DNA of 64,000 nt from the IMG/VR virus record IMGVR_UViG_3300028888_000093, positions 1 through 64,000 of that record; one strand, written 5' to 3'. This stretch comes from a virus (taxonomy: Duplodnaviria > Caudoviricetes). Both the position numbers and the translations under genes were made by a program. This document shows, piece by piece, positions 46,348 through 56,955 of the stretch (the stretch's first letter is position 1; each line of letters opens with the position of its first letter). The notes under the pieces are model-generated. The model was given only the letters and a program-made list of their open reading frames with translations. It was not told where the DNA came from and ran no database searches.

Positions 46348-48804
46348 ATGAATGAAATAAGGAAAACGATATGTTTTGACAAATACAGAAGCCACTATAG
46401 CGGCATTTTGCCGTATATAGAGTTTGGCGATTCTGGAGCTACCAGAAACTTTGTTGTGTCAAATAATACAAACGGTAACTGGGGTCAGTTTCCGATGGAT
46501 TTCGCTTTGGTATGTTCTTGTTTGTGTGGTGAGACAATCACATATGAAGCAAGTGAGATAAAAAAATCTGGTATAACGGAGTATGACAAGTCTGTTGAAG
46601 CCAGATTGAGATATTGTGATTTGTCCAGGAAATACAATTTCATACAAAACCAGCTTAGAAACGGTTTGTATTGCAAACTGATAAAACAAATGTCGGAGGA
46701 AACAACTATATTTGATTGTGAGGATAACAAGTACGGGTGCGGGGAGAACAACAATGAAACTGAAACGGAGATAGTCCCTTCTTTGATAACAAAATTCGAC
46801 TATCTTGGTATAAAATATGACTATGTTCCAATGAAAAGAACATGGTTTTCACAAATAAGCGAATTTGTTTACAGATTGTTGCCGATAGAGAGTATAGCTG
46901 AATATGAAACGGATGAAACAGTCGAATTCATTCTGGAAAAGCTTTCTCTTGACGATGCTTTTATTGTCTTGGTGGACGATTACGACACTTTGGTCAAATA
47001 TGAATCGGATTGGGTGAATTGGTGGGTTAAATGGTTTGGTGATGAGTGGTATGATTTGTTTCCAGACCACACAGTGCATCCGTTTTTCCAATTTTGTATT
47101 GATTTTGAAAAATATTGCCTTGGCAGGATTTGTGTGCCAGAAACATATTTAAGCGGAAATGAAACCAAAACCATAACTGGAATACTTGTACCAGATTATA
47201 TCAATTATACAGATGTGGAACAACTTTTGTTGTGGTTTGAAACAAATGATTCAAGTGCCAAAACAGTATCACAGCAAACGGTTTGGAATGAACATGGGGG
47301 TGATAATTTTTATGAATACCTTAAGAGTGTAAAAACCAATTGGATTACCGAAATTCCTAGATATAGTGGAGATGGTGAATTGGAATGCCGTTTGACTTAT
47401 GTAAGCCCGTATATTTCAATACCAGTGTGTTTGTCTCACACATTTGAATATGGTGATATTTACGAAAATTATTTGGTTGAAGGTTCTTACAAACCATTTT
47501 CAGCTGTCGGTATATATAGCGGATACACACAATTCAATGATTCAAAATACGTTGTTTTGGAGGACAGCGGAACTGTTGAATCAAAACTTGAGAATGTGAT
47601 AAACCAAAACGCAGTGGAAATAAATGGAGTCATTGGAGTTTTTAAAGAATTCAATGAAGCTGACGATGTTTCCAATATATTCAAATGTACATTTTATAGT
47701 GGCTACAGTGTTAGTGATGGTGAGGTTGTTACCAAAACCAAATATTATACAGATGGGCGTTTTGAGTCGGTTGTGACAGACGATTTGTCTGAAAATGAGA
47801 GTGAACCAACGACAAATGGTATTCCGAAAAGAATATGGCTTGTAAAAAAAGTTCAAACAAAAGTCGACCCAGATATTGACACGTATTCACCTTCCGACGA
47901 TACGGATATTCGAAACGGTGTGTCTGCAATAACAGAAACAACGGCATACACAAGATATGCTTATTATTGGTGGGAGTGTGAACAATTGTCAAAACAAATG
48001 GCTGAAACAATGCGTTGTGCCGATGGTGAATATGTTGAAGCAAATGAAAATGGAAAATACAGAAGCATACCATTGTTGAGTTGCATCGGCGGTTTGGTTG
48101 ACAACCCTTTGATTGGTGACATATATTATTTCTTACCATCGTTTGACAATGGGAGAGTGAATGACACAAATGACGCTTGTTCGGTTTATGGTACTTCAAT
48201 ATCATCATTTTCAATTCCCTATGAAAATAACACTTTTTTCAACATGACCAAAGACGAACAAACGGAAAATATTGAAACATTTATCGGGGATTATATCGGA
48301 TATGATTCTATAGATATTGAAAGCGGAATCTGCACAATTCGTTATGTCGTAGGAGGAAAAGCATTATATAATGACAATACAAAAACATTTAATGAAGTTC
48401 CGAACACAGGAATCCATTATCTTGAAAGTCATAGAATAGCACAAGATGTTAAATCAAGTATTTATATAGACAACTTCATGGATGTTGAATTTTTCTATGA
48501 CAAGCTTGATTTCGAAAACGACAAAAAACTAGTTTACAGTGATGATTACCGAATGTATCGCTATGCCAACATTGCACAGCTTGAGGGAATGGAGGTTGGA
48601 ACAATGTGGACCAGCGGTACAGCAATAATTGCAAAGGTTTTCACAAATGAAAACACTGGAATGGGTTTTAACGGGATTGTGGAAAAACCGAACATAACAA
48701 TGGACAGGGGAAACGCGGCGGCATTTGAAAGATATTTCAAGCTTAGTGAATGCAACACTTTGGATGACATAAGACAATATGGTAATAACTTTTTTAATAT
48801 ATAG
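46348..48804 (+). CDS. Putative baseplate/tail structural protein (818 aa)
   Basis: Operon context; C-terminal DRGNAAAFERYFKLSE..YGNNFFNI. Confidence 0.6.
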   Translation: MNEIRKTICFDKYRSHYSGILPYIEFGDSGATRNFVVSNNTNGNWGQFPMDFALVCSCLCGETITYEASEIKKSGITEYDKSVEARLRYCDLSRKYNFIQNQLRNGLYCKLIKQMSEETTIFDCEDNKYGCGENNNETETEIVPSLITKFDYLGIKYDYVPMKRTWFSQISEFVYRLLPIESIAEYETDETVEFILEKLSLDDAFIVLVDDYDTLVKYESDWVNWWVKWFGDEWYDLFPDHTVHPFFQFCIDFEKYCLGRICVPETYLSGNETKTITGILVPDYINYTDVEQLLLWFETNDSSAKTVSQQTVWNEHGGDNFYEYLKSVKTNWITEIPRYSGDGELECRLTYVSPYISIPVCLSHTFEYGDIYENYLVEGSYKPFSAVGIYSGYTQFNDSKYVVLEDSGTVESKLENVINQNAVEINGVIGVFKEFNEADDVSNIFKCTFYSGYSVSDGEVVTKTKYYTDGRFESVVTDDLSENESEPTTNGIPKRIWLVKKVQTKVDPDIDTYSPSDDTDIRNGVSAITETTAYTRYAYYWWECEQLSKQMAETMRCADGEYVEANENGKYRSIPLLSCIGGLVDNPLIGDIYYFLPSFDNGRVNDTNDACSVYGTSISSFSIPYENNTFFNMTKDEQTENIETFIGDYIGYDSIDIESGICTIRYVVGGKALYNDNTKTFNEVPNTGIHYLESHRIAQDVKSSIYIDNFMDVEFFYDKLDFENDKKLVYSDDYRMYRYANIAQLEGMEVGTMWTSGTAIIAKVFTNENTGMGFNGIVEKPNITMDRGNAAAFERYFKLSECNTLDDIRQYGNNFFNI

Positions 48805-48807
48805 GCA

Positions 48808-49671
48808 ATGAGTAACGGACTGTTTGGAACAATAAGGCCAGCAAATATAAACATCAGTGAAGATGTTGAAATTTTATACTACTACAGACCGACAAGAGGA
48901 ACTGGTAGCGACGATTTTGAGGGTTACAAATCATTAAACCCAACAGACTGCCTTGTTTATTGTGTAACTGATGAGGAACACGACAGAATAAACGGCGTCT
49001 ACGATTTAAGACTTCCACTTGATGAATTTAACATGAAGGGATTTTATAGTGTTTATATCAGACCTAAAGAGTGCAAGACAAAAATTATAGACGTTAGTGT
49101 TCTTGCAAGCTATCCAGATGTTAACGGAATAGTGTTGAATGTCACACAAGGAGAACTTGCTGGTATTTCTGATTTGACAGGATACAGGATAGAGTTCGAA
49201 GACGGGACATCAAGACTTATCAAATCATGCAATCGCTGTGAACCAGTTTCGGTGAACATAGGTGACGGATATCCTACCGTTACCAGGTACAACCTTGTCG
49301 ACACTTCCAGCAGTTATGTTTTCTGCACGGTTAGTCCGTCTTCAGCTCCGTCATTCAAACCAAATGCAACTCCGTATATAGGAACACCAACCGAGGAAAT
49401 AAAAGTCATCAACACAAAGTTCGCACCACAATTAATTGAAATTGAAATGGTTGAACATGACATCGAAACGCTAACATATAGTGTTGAGGGTGACCAAGTT
49501 AGAGACAGGGACAATGGTATTTTGACAACATATAACGATGAGAAGGAAATTTACAAACAATTTGATTTCTATACCGTAAAGAGTAAACTTGGAAAGGAAT
49601 TGTATGACGTTAAACGCGAAAGAGTCCTGATTGATAACACACAAACATATGACAATGTTGTAAAGGAATAG
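48808..49671 (+). CDS. Putative structural protein (287 aa)
   Basis: Operon context; GTIRPA, YDLRLP, YIRP. Confidence 0.6.
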   Translation: MSNGLFGTIRPANINISEDVEILYYYRPTRGTGSDDFEGYKSLNPTDCLVYCVTDEEHDRINGVYDLRLPLDEFNMKGFYSVYIRPKECKTKIIDVSVLASYPDVNGIVLNVTQGELAGISDLTGYRIEFEDGTSRLIKSCNRCEPVSVNIGDGYPTVTRYNLVDTSSSYVFCTVSPSSAPSFKPNATPYIGTPTEEIKVINTKFAPQLIEIEMVEHDIETLTYSVEGDQVRDRDNGILTTYNDEKEIYKQFDFYTVKSKLGKELYDVKRERVLIDNTQTYDNVVKE

Positions 49672-49675
49672 TGAT

Positions 49676-52636
49676 ATGGCAAGAAGAAACCAATATATTA
49701 AAAGCAAAGCCGATTTTGTCTTAAGAAGACATCACATGACAACCACTGAGGGTGTTGTGTTCGAAAATGACAAATTCACAATAATGCCAGAGGATAATCC
49801 GTATGACAATGGCAGGATAATATCTTTTTCCGATTCAAATTTCAAATTCAAAAAAAACCTTGAGCCTTATACACAAAAAAAGCTGCATAACGGAAATTGG
49901 ATTAGTCCTGAAAACGACGGTTTTTCCGATTTTTGGACGATTGACAATTGTGTCAGTGGAATATCAACAAGTGAATACCACATAGAACCGAATCCAGATT
50001 GCACAACACTTAAAACTTTTGCTTATTTTGGGTCAGCTGTCGAATTGGTGAATGCAACAATCAAAGACATTATCCTACATTATCCTGGAGGAATATATTA
50101 CCTTGGAGGAAAAGCCGAAGAGGTTGTGGTGGATGGTCAGACATATTATACAATGGCAAATGATTTTGAAATAGACATTTTGGCCACTCATTGCGCCGAA
50201 GAGGACGTCGAAAATCCAATGAGAATTTTAAGTGCAAGTTATTCAAAATACATGGACCCTACAACCAAAGAGCCTATAGCACAACCGATACTTGTGAATA
50301 TTGGAGATTGGTGTTACAATTCTATTGTTGCTGAAGTCAATGTAAATGGGGTATCACTGTTTGTCTATTTGGATAATGATGGAAATAAACAATTATTAAC
50401 AGTCAACAACTCGCATTCTGAAGGGGAGCCACTGATTGTTCCAACATATGATGTTTTTGCTGAAATGTACAATAAGTTGGATGATTTTTCAAAAGTTTTG
50501 TTGAATCTCACAACAAATCCGCTGTTTACTGCGAATTTCAAAACAACATATTTTGCAAATGACGGATATAAGTATCGTAATGAAATGTATACTTTCCCTT
50601 CAATGCAGTATAATGAGTGGTTTACTCCACGCATAAACGGTGGTTCGTTTAACAAATATTATGACAGGCTGATTAGGCTTGCCGAATATCATGACGAATA
50701 TGATTCATTCAATATATGGCGAATGCTGACACATGAGTCAATCAAGAACCTTGACTGGACAACCACAAGTGATAATTTGGATGAAGGTGATTTTGATTCA
50801 ACAAGAATGAAAATCATGCTCACATTATATGGAAGACAATATGACGACTTGAAGCGTTATGCTGACAATATAAAGGACATCACATCTGTAACATATAGCA
50901 ATAACGGAAGTATTCCGAATTATTTTCTGACGGATGTTCTTGAAAACGACGGGTGGGATGCATTCATGGTAAACCCGTCAAATGACAATACCGTGCAAAC
51001 AGATGTCATTTACAAATATTCGACAGTATGCGGACATACAAGCAGCGACGCGAACATTGGTTTTATGAAGCGTTTGGCTTTGAATTCAAATTACATAAAA
51101 TCATTAAAAGGTACAAAGCGTGGAATTGAGACAATGTTGAATCTGTTCGGTCTAAAAAATGACCAGGATAACAATGGTGTGCCTGGCACATACCAGATGC
51201 ATGAATATGTGGCAATTGCCACTGAATTTCCAAGCTATGACGATATCAGGTTTGCAATAGAACAAGCCGATGATTATGAGGATAATGTATACCCTTATGA
51301 CACAATACCAGCAGCACTTGTGCAATTAACTGAAGACCCAGTTGACGCTGGTTCTACAAATTACTTTATACCGTGGTTTGACAACAAAAACCCGAAGACT
51401 GGATACATGTATTTCCAAATGAACGGCGGTTGGGAAAAAACTGGAGAAAAGAAGATAAATTTGGACATTACCGCTTTATCCTCAATCACGTCAACAAGTG
51501 ATTTTGATTTGTACAATGAGACGGTTCCATATATGAAATTTTTACAGGATACAAAATCATTAACCGCTTTGACTTCGAATCAAATAGACGAAGGAATGGT
51601 GTGCTATGTCCATGACATTAGTGATTTGTATGGCGGATATCATGGTAATGATGAGGATGATGAAATAATAAGGGAAACGAGTGGAAATTGCTTTTCACAT
51701 TATTTCATATTGAAAAACGCAGACCTTTCAACAGTTATTGGGTTTGTTAGGCCAACAGACAGTGACGGATTATATAATTGCTACGGATGGAGAAATATAT
51801 TCACCAGAGAGTATGAAGGTGTGTTACCAGAATATGAAATAACATGTGACGGAATGAAAGTGCTTTATCTTGAATCCATTATAAATTATGGTATAGGAAA
51901 CAATCCTCACGTCGGCTTCAGTCATTATGATGACGGAATTGAATATCTGGAATATTTCAACCAATTGTTTAAATATCGTTTGGATAACAACCTGTTTTCC
52001 AGACTTGCATACGGAAATGCATATGTGACAGAAGACAGTATCAAGGAAATTGGTTTCAAGATAGATTACGATTTGCTTGTTGATGACGAAAAATGCCACT
52101 ATTTCATATCAGACCAGGAAAGAAGGAATGTCATACCTAATGACGATATGGTTTTTGGACTTGGTGAGGATGATGATACCAATGGAATTGAATCACCAGT
52201 TTTGGTTACAATAGGAGAAGCGGACGCTGATGATGAACCGTCCAATTGGTCCGCCGCCGATTCATTTTACTCCATGTTGACAGTACCAGAACAAGAAGAA
52301 AGCGCAACAAATTTTGACGAACCAGCATCATTTTCGGTTGTAAATGTCAAAAACTTTAACATAAATTTTGTCACTAACGGAAATCAGTATCTCAGGGATT
52401 ATATCGTAAATGCTGTCATGCCTTATTTGGAACACATGATTCCGTCAACAACAATATTCAGATACACATTTGACGGAGACCATGCAAATGCAATTCCAAT
52501 TGATTATGGATTCGGATACGGAATTCCGACACACACAGCGACAGGTGACGGTGTTTCCTTGGTTCCAGAAAACGAAACCGTTTTAGGCGAATATGACGTC
52601 GAAAACAATATGGTAAGCGGAATGATTCAAGAATAA
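49676..52636 (+). CDS. Baseplate wedge-type protein (P2 gpI / T4 gp7-like motif)
   Basis: YIKSLKGTKRGIETMLNLFG motif. Confidence 0.6.
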   Translation: MARRNQYIKSKADFVLRRHHMTTTEGVVFENDKFTIMPEDNPYDNGRIISFSDSNFKFKKNLEPYTQKKLHNGNWISPENDGFSDFWTIDNCVSGISTSEYHIEPNPDCTTLKTFAYFGSAVELVNATIKDIILHYPGGIYYLGGKAEEVVVDGQTYYTMANDFEIDILATHCAEEDVENPMRILSASYSKYMDPTTKEPIAQPILVNIGDWCYNSIVAEVNVNGVSLFVYLDNDGNKQLLTVNNSHSEGEPLIVPTYDVFAEMYNKLDDFSKVLLNLTTNPLFTANFKTTYFANDGYKYRNEMYTFPSMQYNEWFTPRINGGSFNKYYDRLIRLAEYHDEYDSFNIWRMLTHESIKNLDWTTTSDNLDEGDFDSTRMKIMLTLYGRQYDDLKRYADNIKDITSVTYSNNGSIPNYFLTDVLENDGWDAFMVNPSNDNTVQTDVIYKYSTVCGHTSSDANIGFMKRLALNSNYIKSLKGTKRGIETMLNLFGLKNDQDNNGVPGTYQMHEYVAIATEFPSYDDIRFAIEQADDYEDNVYPYDTIPAALVQLTEDPVDAGSTNYFIPWFDNKNPKTGYMYFQMNGGWEKTGEKKINLDITALSSITSTSDFDLYNETVPYMKFLQDTKSLTALTSNQIDEGMVCYVHDISDLYGGYHGNDEDDEIIRETSGNCFSHYFILKNADLSTVIGFVRPTDSDGLYNCYGWRNIFTREYEGVLPEYEITCDGMKVLYLESIINYGIGNNPHVGFSHYDDGIEYLEYFNQLFKYRLDNNLFSRLAYGNAYVTEDSIKEIGFKIDYDLLVDDEKCHYFISDQERRNVIPNDDMVFGLGEDDDTNGIESPVLVTIGEADADDEPSNWSAADSFYSMLTVPEQEESATNFDEPASFSVVNVKNFNINFVTNGNQYLRDYIVNAVMPYLEHMIPSTTIFRYTFDGDHANAIPIDYGFGYGIPTHTATGDGVSLVPENETVLGEYDVENNMVSGMIQE

Positions 52637-52664
52637 TAACAAGTGATTTCAATATAAAACAAAT

Positions 52665-53489
52665 ATGTCTAAAATTTTCAGTTGGAAGGTTGGTTCTGGC
52701 AAATACGCATATCTTATACCATCCGAAGAAACTAACAAATACATAAGGAACAGGATTACAGACACCGACAAACTGTTGGACATGTCGCACATAATCGACC
52801 AATACACGGAATCTGAATATGAAAATGCATTCAATTCACTTAAAGAAGAGGTGGAAGCGGCTTATGGATACAATCTTGGTGATTATTCACAATATTACAA
52901 TGTTTCCAACGATGATTTGTCAAGGCTTGTATTGCTAACAGGTAAAGATGCTGATAACACTCTGGTTTCAAGACTCACACAGACAGATTACAATAATATT
53001 CAAACTATGATAAATCAAGCTATTGAACAGTTGAGACAGGAGGTGATGCTTAATAATACAACAATAGTGACCAATGTTCAGTCGGTTGCAAGCGCATGTG
53101 TCAGTAATGCAATTGAAGAACTTGATGATACCACAAACAGACTTGAAAGTCTTAATGAAAGACTTGAAATTACAAATGCCGAAGCGGTAAGAAATATTGA
53201 CGATATGAGAAACATTTTGTCAACAGATGACGGGGATATAACTCTGCAAATGATGGTTAATTCATATAAAACAGTTACGGAATCACAAGCGTGGATGAAC
53301 TCAAACAGGGATATATTACAGACAATGACAATAGATTACGGAGTGGCATATGAAGAACTTGGAGGTGAGTCGAATTCCGTCTTTAAAACAATGGCTAACA
53401 ATATCAACAGAAGCAATTCGGCGATAACCGACATTGAAAAAGAAATATCAAAAAGTGCAATTCCTTTTGGTGATGGTGATGAAGTTTAA
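52665..53489 (+). CDS. Coiled-coil protein, putative structural
   Basis: 274 aa, heptad-rich; last gene before a terminator. Confidence 0.6.
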   Translation: MSKIFSWKVGSGKYAYLIPSEETNKYIRNRITDTDKLLDMSHIIDQYTESEYENAFNSLKEEVEAAYGYNLGDYSQYYNVSNDDLSRLVLLTGKDADNTLVSRLTQTDYNNIQTMINQAIEQLRQEVMLNNTTIVTNVQSVASACVSNAIEELDDTTNRLESLNERLEITNAEAVRNIDDMRNILSTDDGDITLQMMVNSYKTVTESQAWMNSNRDILQTMTIDYGVAYEELGGESNSVFKTMANNINRSNSAITDIEKEISKSAIPFGDGDEV

Positions 53490-53511
53490 AATTGATTTTT
53501 CATTTGTAACG

Positions 53512-53541
53512 GGCGGTATTTAATACCGCCTTTTTGTTTTT
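53512..53541 (+). terminator. Intrinsic terminator
   Basis: GGCGGTATT-T-AATACCGCC plus T tracts. Confidence 0.85.
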
Positions 53542-53545
53542 CTAC

Positions 53546-53553
53546 CTATTTAT
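53546..53553 (+). promoter_or_regulatory. Putative late promoter CTATTTAT
   Basis: Between a terminator and ATG 53584. Confidence 0.65.
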
Positions 53554-53583
53554 ATGTAAAGAATTTTTTTAGAAAAATAGTAT

Positions 53584-54567
53584 ATGGCTAGACAAGTAAT
53601 AAATAAGCATGTATCAAACGCTTCGGACATTCATTACTTGAATTTTGAATATTTGGGTGAGATTGTTATTTGCAATGAGGCGGGTAATGAAGGTATTTAT
53701 GTCATTAATACAAATCACGAGCCTGTTAAGATAGGTTCTTGGAGTGGAGACATTGATGTTGATACAGATAGGATTATTCAAGATTTAAAAGGTTGGGTTA
53801 CAGCTAATTTTGCATCAGCAAGTGATATAACCAATCTTCAGGAACAAATAGACAATATCAGCATTGATATTGACGAGGAAAAGGTGAAGGAGATTGTGAA
53901 TGGTGAAATCGAGAAATTGGTTGATTCGGCTTCGACTGATTTCAATACACTTGGAAAGATAGAGAGATGGATAAAAGAACATCCTTCCGATGTTGACCCG
54001 CAATTGGTTGCGGATGTTGAAAGCCTTAAGGCAATTTCAGCAGATACAAGGATTAGTGAATTGGAATCCATTTCAGCTGGAACAAGACTTGATACAATCG
54101 AAGACAAAATAGATGGCATTGTAAAGAACAACGACCATTTCGTAATGACATACCAAGAATACCTGACATTGATTACAAGCGGAAGTGTTGTTGTGAACGA
54201 CCAATATATATCTTATAGTGATGACCATTTTTATTGTATATACGAGAGTGATAGCCCAGAACCAACGCCAGAGCCAGAAAGTGGAGGAACCATAATAAGT
54301 GGAGACACGGTTATATTTGGCGATGGATATCCATATGACGACGGTTCATCAACGGGAGAAGCACCATCGTTGTATATTGGAACGATTGAAGACGAGGGTG
54401 ATGGTGTGATTGTTGTTGATTGGCTTGCTGGCAGCGATAGTGACACACCAGACCATGATATAGATGATGATACAATAATCATTAATGACACATATGATGA
54501 GGACTCTGCATCAATAAATTTGGGAACGGTTGAAATTGATGAACAAAACGGAATAATCACATTATAG
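53584..54567 (+). CDS. Putative tail fibre-associated protein
   Basis: Fibre-anchor-like GEIVI..IY; LVDSASTDFNTLGKIERWI fibre segment; PEPTPEP linker; acidic tail. Confidence 0.6.
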   Translation: MARQVINKHVSNASDIHYLNFEYLGEIVICNEAGNEGIYVINTNHEPVKIGSWSGDIDVDTDRIIQDLKGWVTANFASASDITNLQEQIDNISIDIDEEKVKEIVNGEIEKLVDSASTDFNTLGKIERWIKEHPSDVDPQLVADVESLKAISADTRISELESISAGTRLDTIEDKIDGIVKNNDHFVMTYQEYLTLITSGSVVVNDQYISYSDDHFYCIYESDSPEPTPEPESGGTIISGDTVIFGDGYPYDDGSSTGEAPSLYIGTIEDEGDGVIVVDWLAGSDSDTPDHDIDDDTIIINDTYDEDSASINLGTVEIDEQNGIITL

Positions 54568-54591
54568 AATAATTAATAAAAATTAATAAAT

Positions 54592-56724
54592 ATGGCATAC
54601 GTAAAACAATTTAAAGCTAAGAAAAGCACTGGTGAAGAAGTGCTTCTTGATATTTATGCAGCATCAGCTGATTTGGCAACCTATGCAATTGAGGCTGAAA
54701 CCGCACTTGGTGTAAATGGAATATATGTGAATACAAGCAATAATTTTGAAATAAATGCAGCAGCCGCTGGTGGTGAAAAACTAAACCTTGTTGCTGGAGA
54801 TGCAATACAGGTCAAACCTGGCGATGGTGAGCCTTTGCAACTCGATTGTGAACAAAACAGTGTTGACATTAATGAATATGGAATTAAGGTTTGCAATGGT
54901 GCAATGCCAAAGAATACACGTGTTGTCGGTTTGAAATTGAATGCCGCTGAGCTTACCGTTGACACACAAAAGGCAAACACTAGTGAATTTGATATTGATG
55001 AATTCAATGTTAAAGTGCGCAATGATAAATGGAATGGCGGAGAACAAGTTGGCTCAACAGGTCCTATTTACCTTAAAGTGAAAGCGCGTGCCATTGATAT
55101 GAGATGCCATGACCATGGTGGTATTGCTTTACAAATAGCTGGAGCTGACAGCAATGGAAAAGAAAATAAAATAAAGTTCGAAAGTGACAGAACTTCAGAA
55201 ATTGGTGCAATACCAGCGTATAACAAAGAAGGAGGAAAGGGTCTTGAATTTGGTACCTTCAACAACGAACACGCTTCATTATTCTGTGGGGATTATCGTT
55301 TCAAAGGAGATGCAAATGTATACGGCGTAACACGTAACACTCCAACGACCGACCTCAAAGGTAAGACCGACTATCCAACTCAAAGTGATGATTTTAAAGA
55401 TGTTATCAATGCTTCAACTCCGAAAGCCACTTGGAATGAAATTATAGACGCAGCTAAAAAATGCGGTAACCTTGATGAAACAATTCGCGCAGAGGTTGCA
55501 AGACAGGCTTTAAACGGTGAAATAGACACAAGTGTATTTGTAACAAAATCAGAGGTTGAAGATGTTGTTGCTTCAGCAATCAGCGAGGCGCATATCGACA
55601 CAACTGGGTTGGCAACAGAACAATGGGTTCTTGACAAACGTTATATTGACGCTTTGCCTGATACAATCCAATATTTGAAGATGGGTAAGAGCAAAGGTAA
55701 TTTTGCTGTTGATGTAACTGGAAAATACACATGGGAATTGACAAGTCCTAAATCAGCAACAACTGTTGATGAATATGGTGTGCCACACGCAAAAGGCGAC
55801 AGAATTATCAACTATTCAAATGAAGCATTTTACTCTGACCCGAATAAAGTTTATTATAAAGCAGTAATAGAGACAACTCTTGCCGACAACACTACTGTTG
55901 TTCCGATAGACACAATCGTTTATACTTCAGGATGTAATTTGACTTTCAATGTTCCAGAGGGTGCATATCAATATTATTTAATCGGTAACGGTGAAGCATC
56001 GTTTTATGAAGACCCAACAAAATATGTTTACCAGGGTACTAAAAACATTTCAATAGCATATGGAGAAACAACACCAATAAAGAAAAAGGCTATTAAAAAT
56101 CCGAACGATTTAACACAAGAAGAATTAGAGTATTACGATAGTCAAACACCAGAATACGATGAAGAAGGTTCTTTGATTGCTGGTTGGGAAAAAACTCCAA
56201 TATGGAAAAAATCGACATTGTGGTCACAAAACGAAATCAACATTAATCTTGAAACAGATAGTAAAATAAAATTTGCTGGAAAGAAAATTGAAACTGTTTG
56301 GACTTATGAAGAAAATGGTGAGGATGTTGACCACAAAATGGATGATATTTTACTTTCAACAAACACTTTGTCTACTGATGCAAATGAAGTCGTTTTTGAA
56401 CAAAAGATTTCTAAAAACGGTGATAGAGAAGGTCAAGACAGTGAAATAGTGTATTCGTTCGGTAATAATGTTGCAGACGTTGAAAAGGTTCCAGACTTGT
56501 CTGCATTTATGGCTAATTATCGTTCAAAACATTCTGGTACCTATACAGATGAAGAACTTACAGCAAAATATAATGCATTTTTAGCTGAAGGCCAATCCTT
56601 TGAAATCAGAGTCAAAATCAGCGAGCTTCTTGGTCTTGTTGAAAGAGTTGCACAACTTGAAGCAAAGGTGGCACAGCTTGAAAACACTTCAACAGAACCA
56701 GAACAGACGAATCCTGGTGAATAA
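54592..56724 (+). CDS. Putative tail fibre/spike protein
   Basis: Beta-rich N-terminus, LATEQWV segment, C-terminal coiled coil LVERVAQLEAKVAQLE. Confidence 0.55.
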   Translation: MAYVKQFKAKKSTGEEVLLDIYAASADLATYAIEAETALGVNGIYVNTSNNFEINAAAAGGEKLNLVAGDAIQVKPGDGEPLQLDCEQNSVDINEYGIKVCNGAMPKNTRVVGLKLNAAELTVDTQKANTSEFDIDEFNVKVRNDKWNGGEQVGSTGPIYLKVKARAIDMRCHDHGGIALQIAGADSNGKENKIKFESDRTSEIGAIPAYNKEGGKGLEFGTFNNEHASLFCGDYRFKGDANVYGVTRNTPTTDLKGKTDYPTQSDDFKDVINASTPKATWNEIIDAAKKCGNLDETIRAEVARQALNGEIDTSVFVTKSEVEDVVASAISEAHIDTTGLATEQWVLDKRYIDALPDTIQYLKMGKSKGNFAVDVTGKYTWELTSPKSATTVDEYGVPHAKGDRIINYSNEAFYSDPNKVYYKAVIETTLADNTTVVPIDTIVYTSGCNLTFNVPEGAYQYYLIGNGEASFYEDPTKYVYQGTKNISIAYGETTPIKKKAIKNPNDLTQEELEYYDSQTPEYDEEGSLIAGWEKTPIWKKSTLWSQNEININLETDSKIKFAGKKIETVWTYEENGEDVDHKMDDILLSTNTLSTDANEVVFEQKISKNGDREGQDSEIVYSFGNNVADVEKVPDLSAFMANYRSKHSGTYTDEELTAKYNAFLAEGQSFEIRVKISELLGLVERVAQLEAKVAQLENTSTEPEQTNPGE

Positions 56725-56744
56725 AAATTTGCACTTATTATATA

Positions 56745-56933
56745 ATGATTATAAAGGGTGGTCATCAAATAACTGATATTTATCATGGTAAGCTTCGGAT
56801 TGTCGAGGTTTACCATGGTAAATCATTGGTATATAAACTAAAAAAAGAAGAATCAGAATCGTGTTTTGCTAACGGATATTGGATTAATGAATATCCATGG
56901 AGCAATAGCGATGGTTGGAAAAATGAAAATTAA
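56745..56933 (+). CDS. Small fibre-adaptor-like protein
   Basis: IYHG..IVEVYHG..LVY repeat and a Trp-rich tail CFANGYWINEYPWSNSDGW. Confidence 0.7.
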   Translation: MIIKGGHQITDIYHGKLRIVEVYHGKSLVYKLKKEESESCFANGYWINEYPWSNSDGWKNEN

Positions 56934-56955
56934 AATATTTTTTAACAAATAAAAT

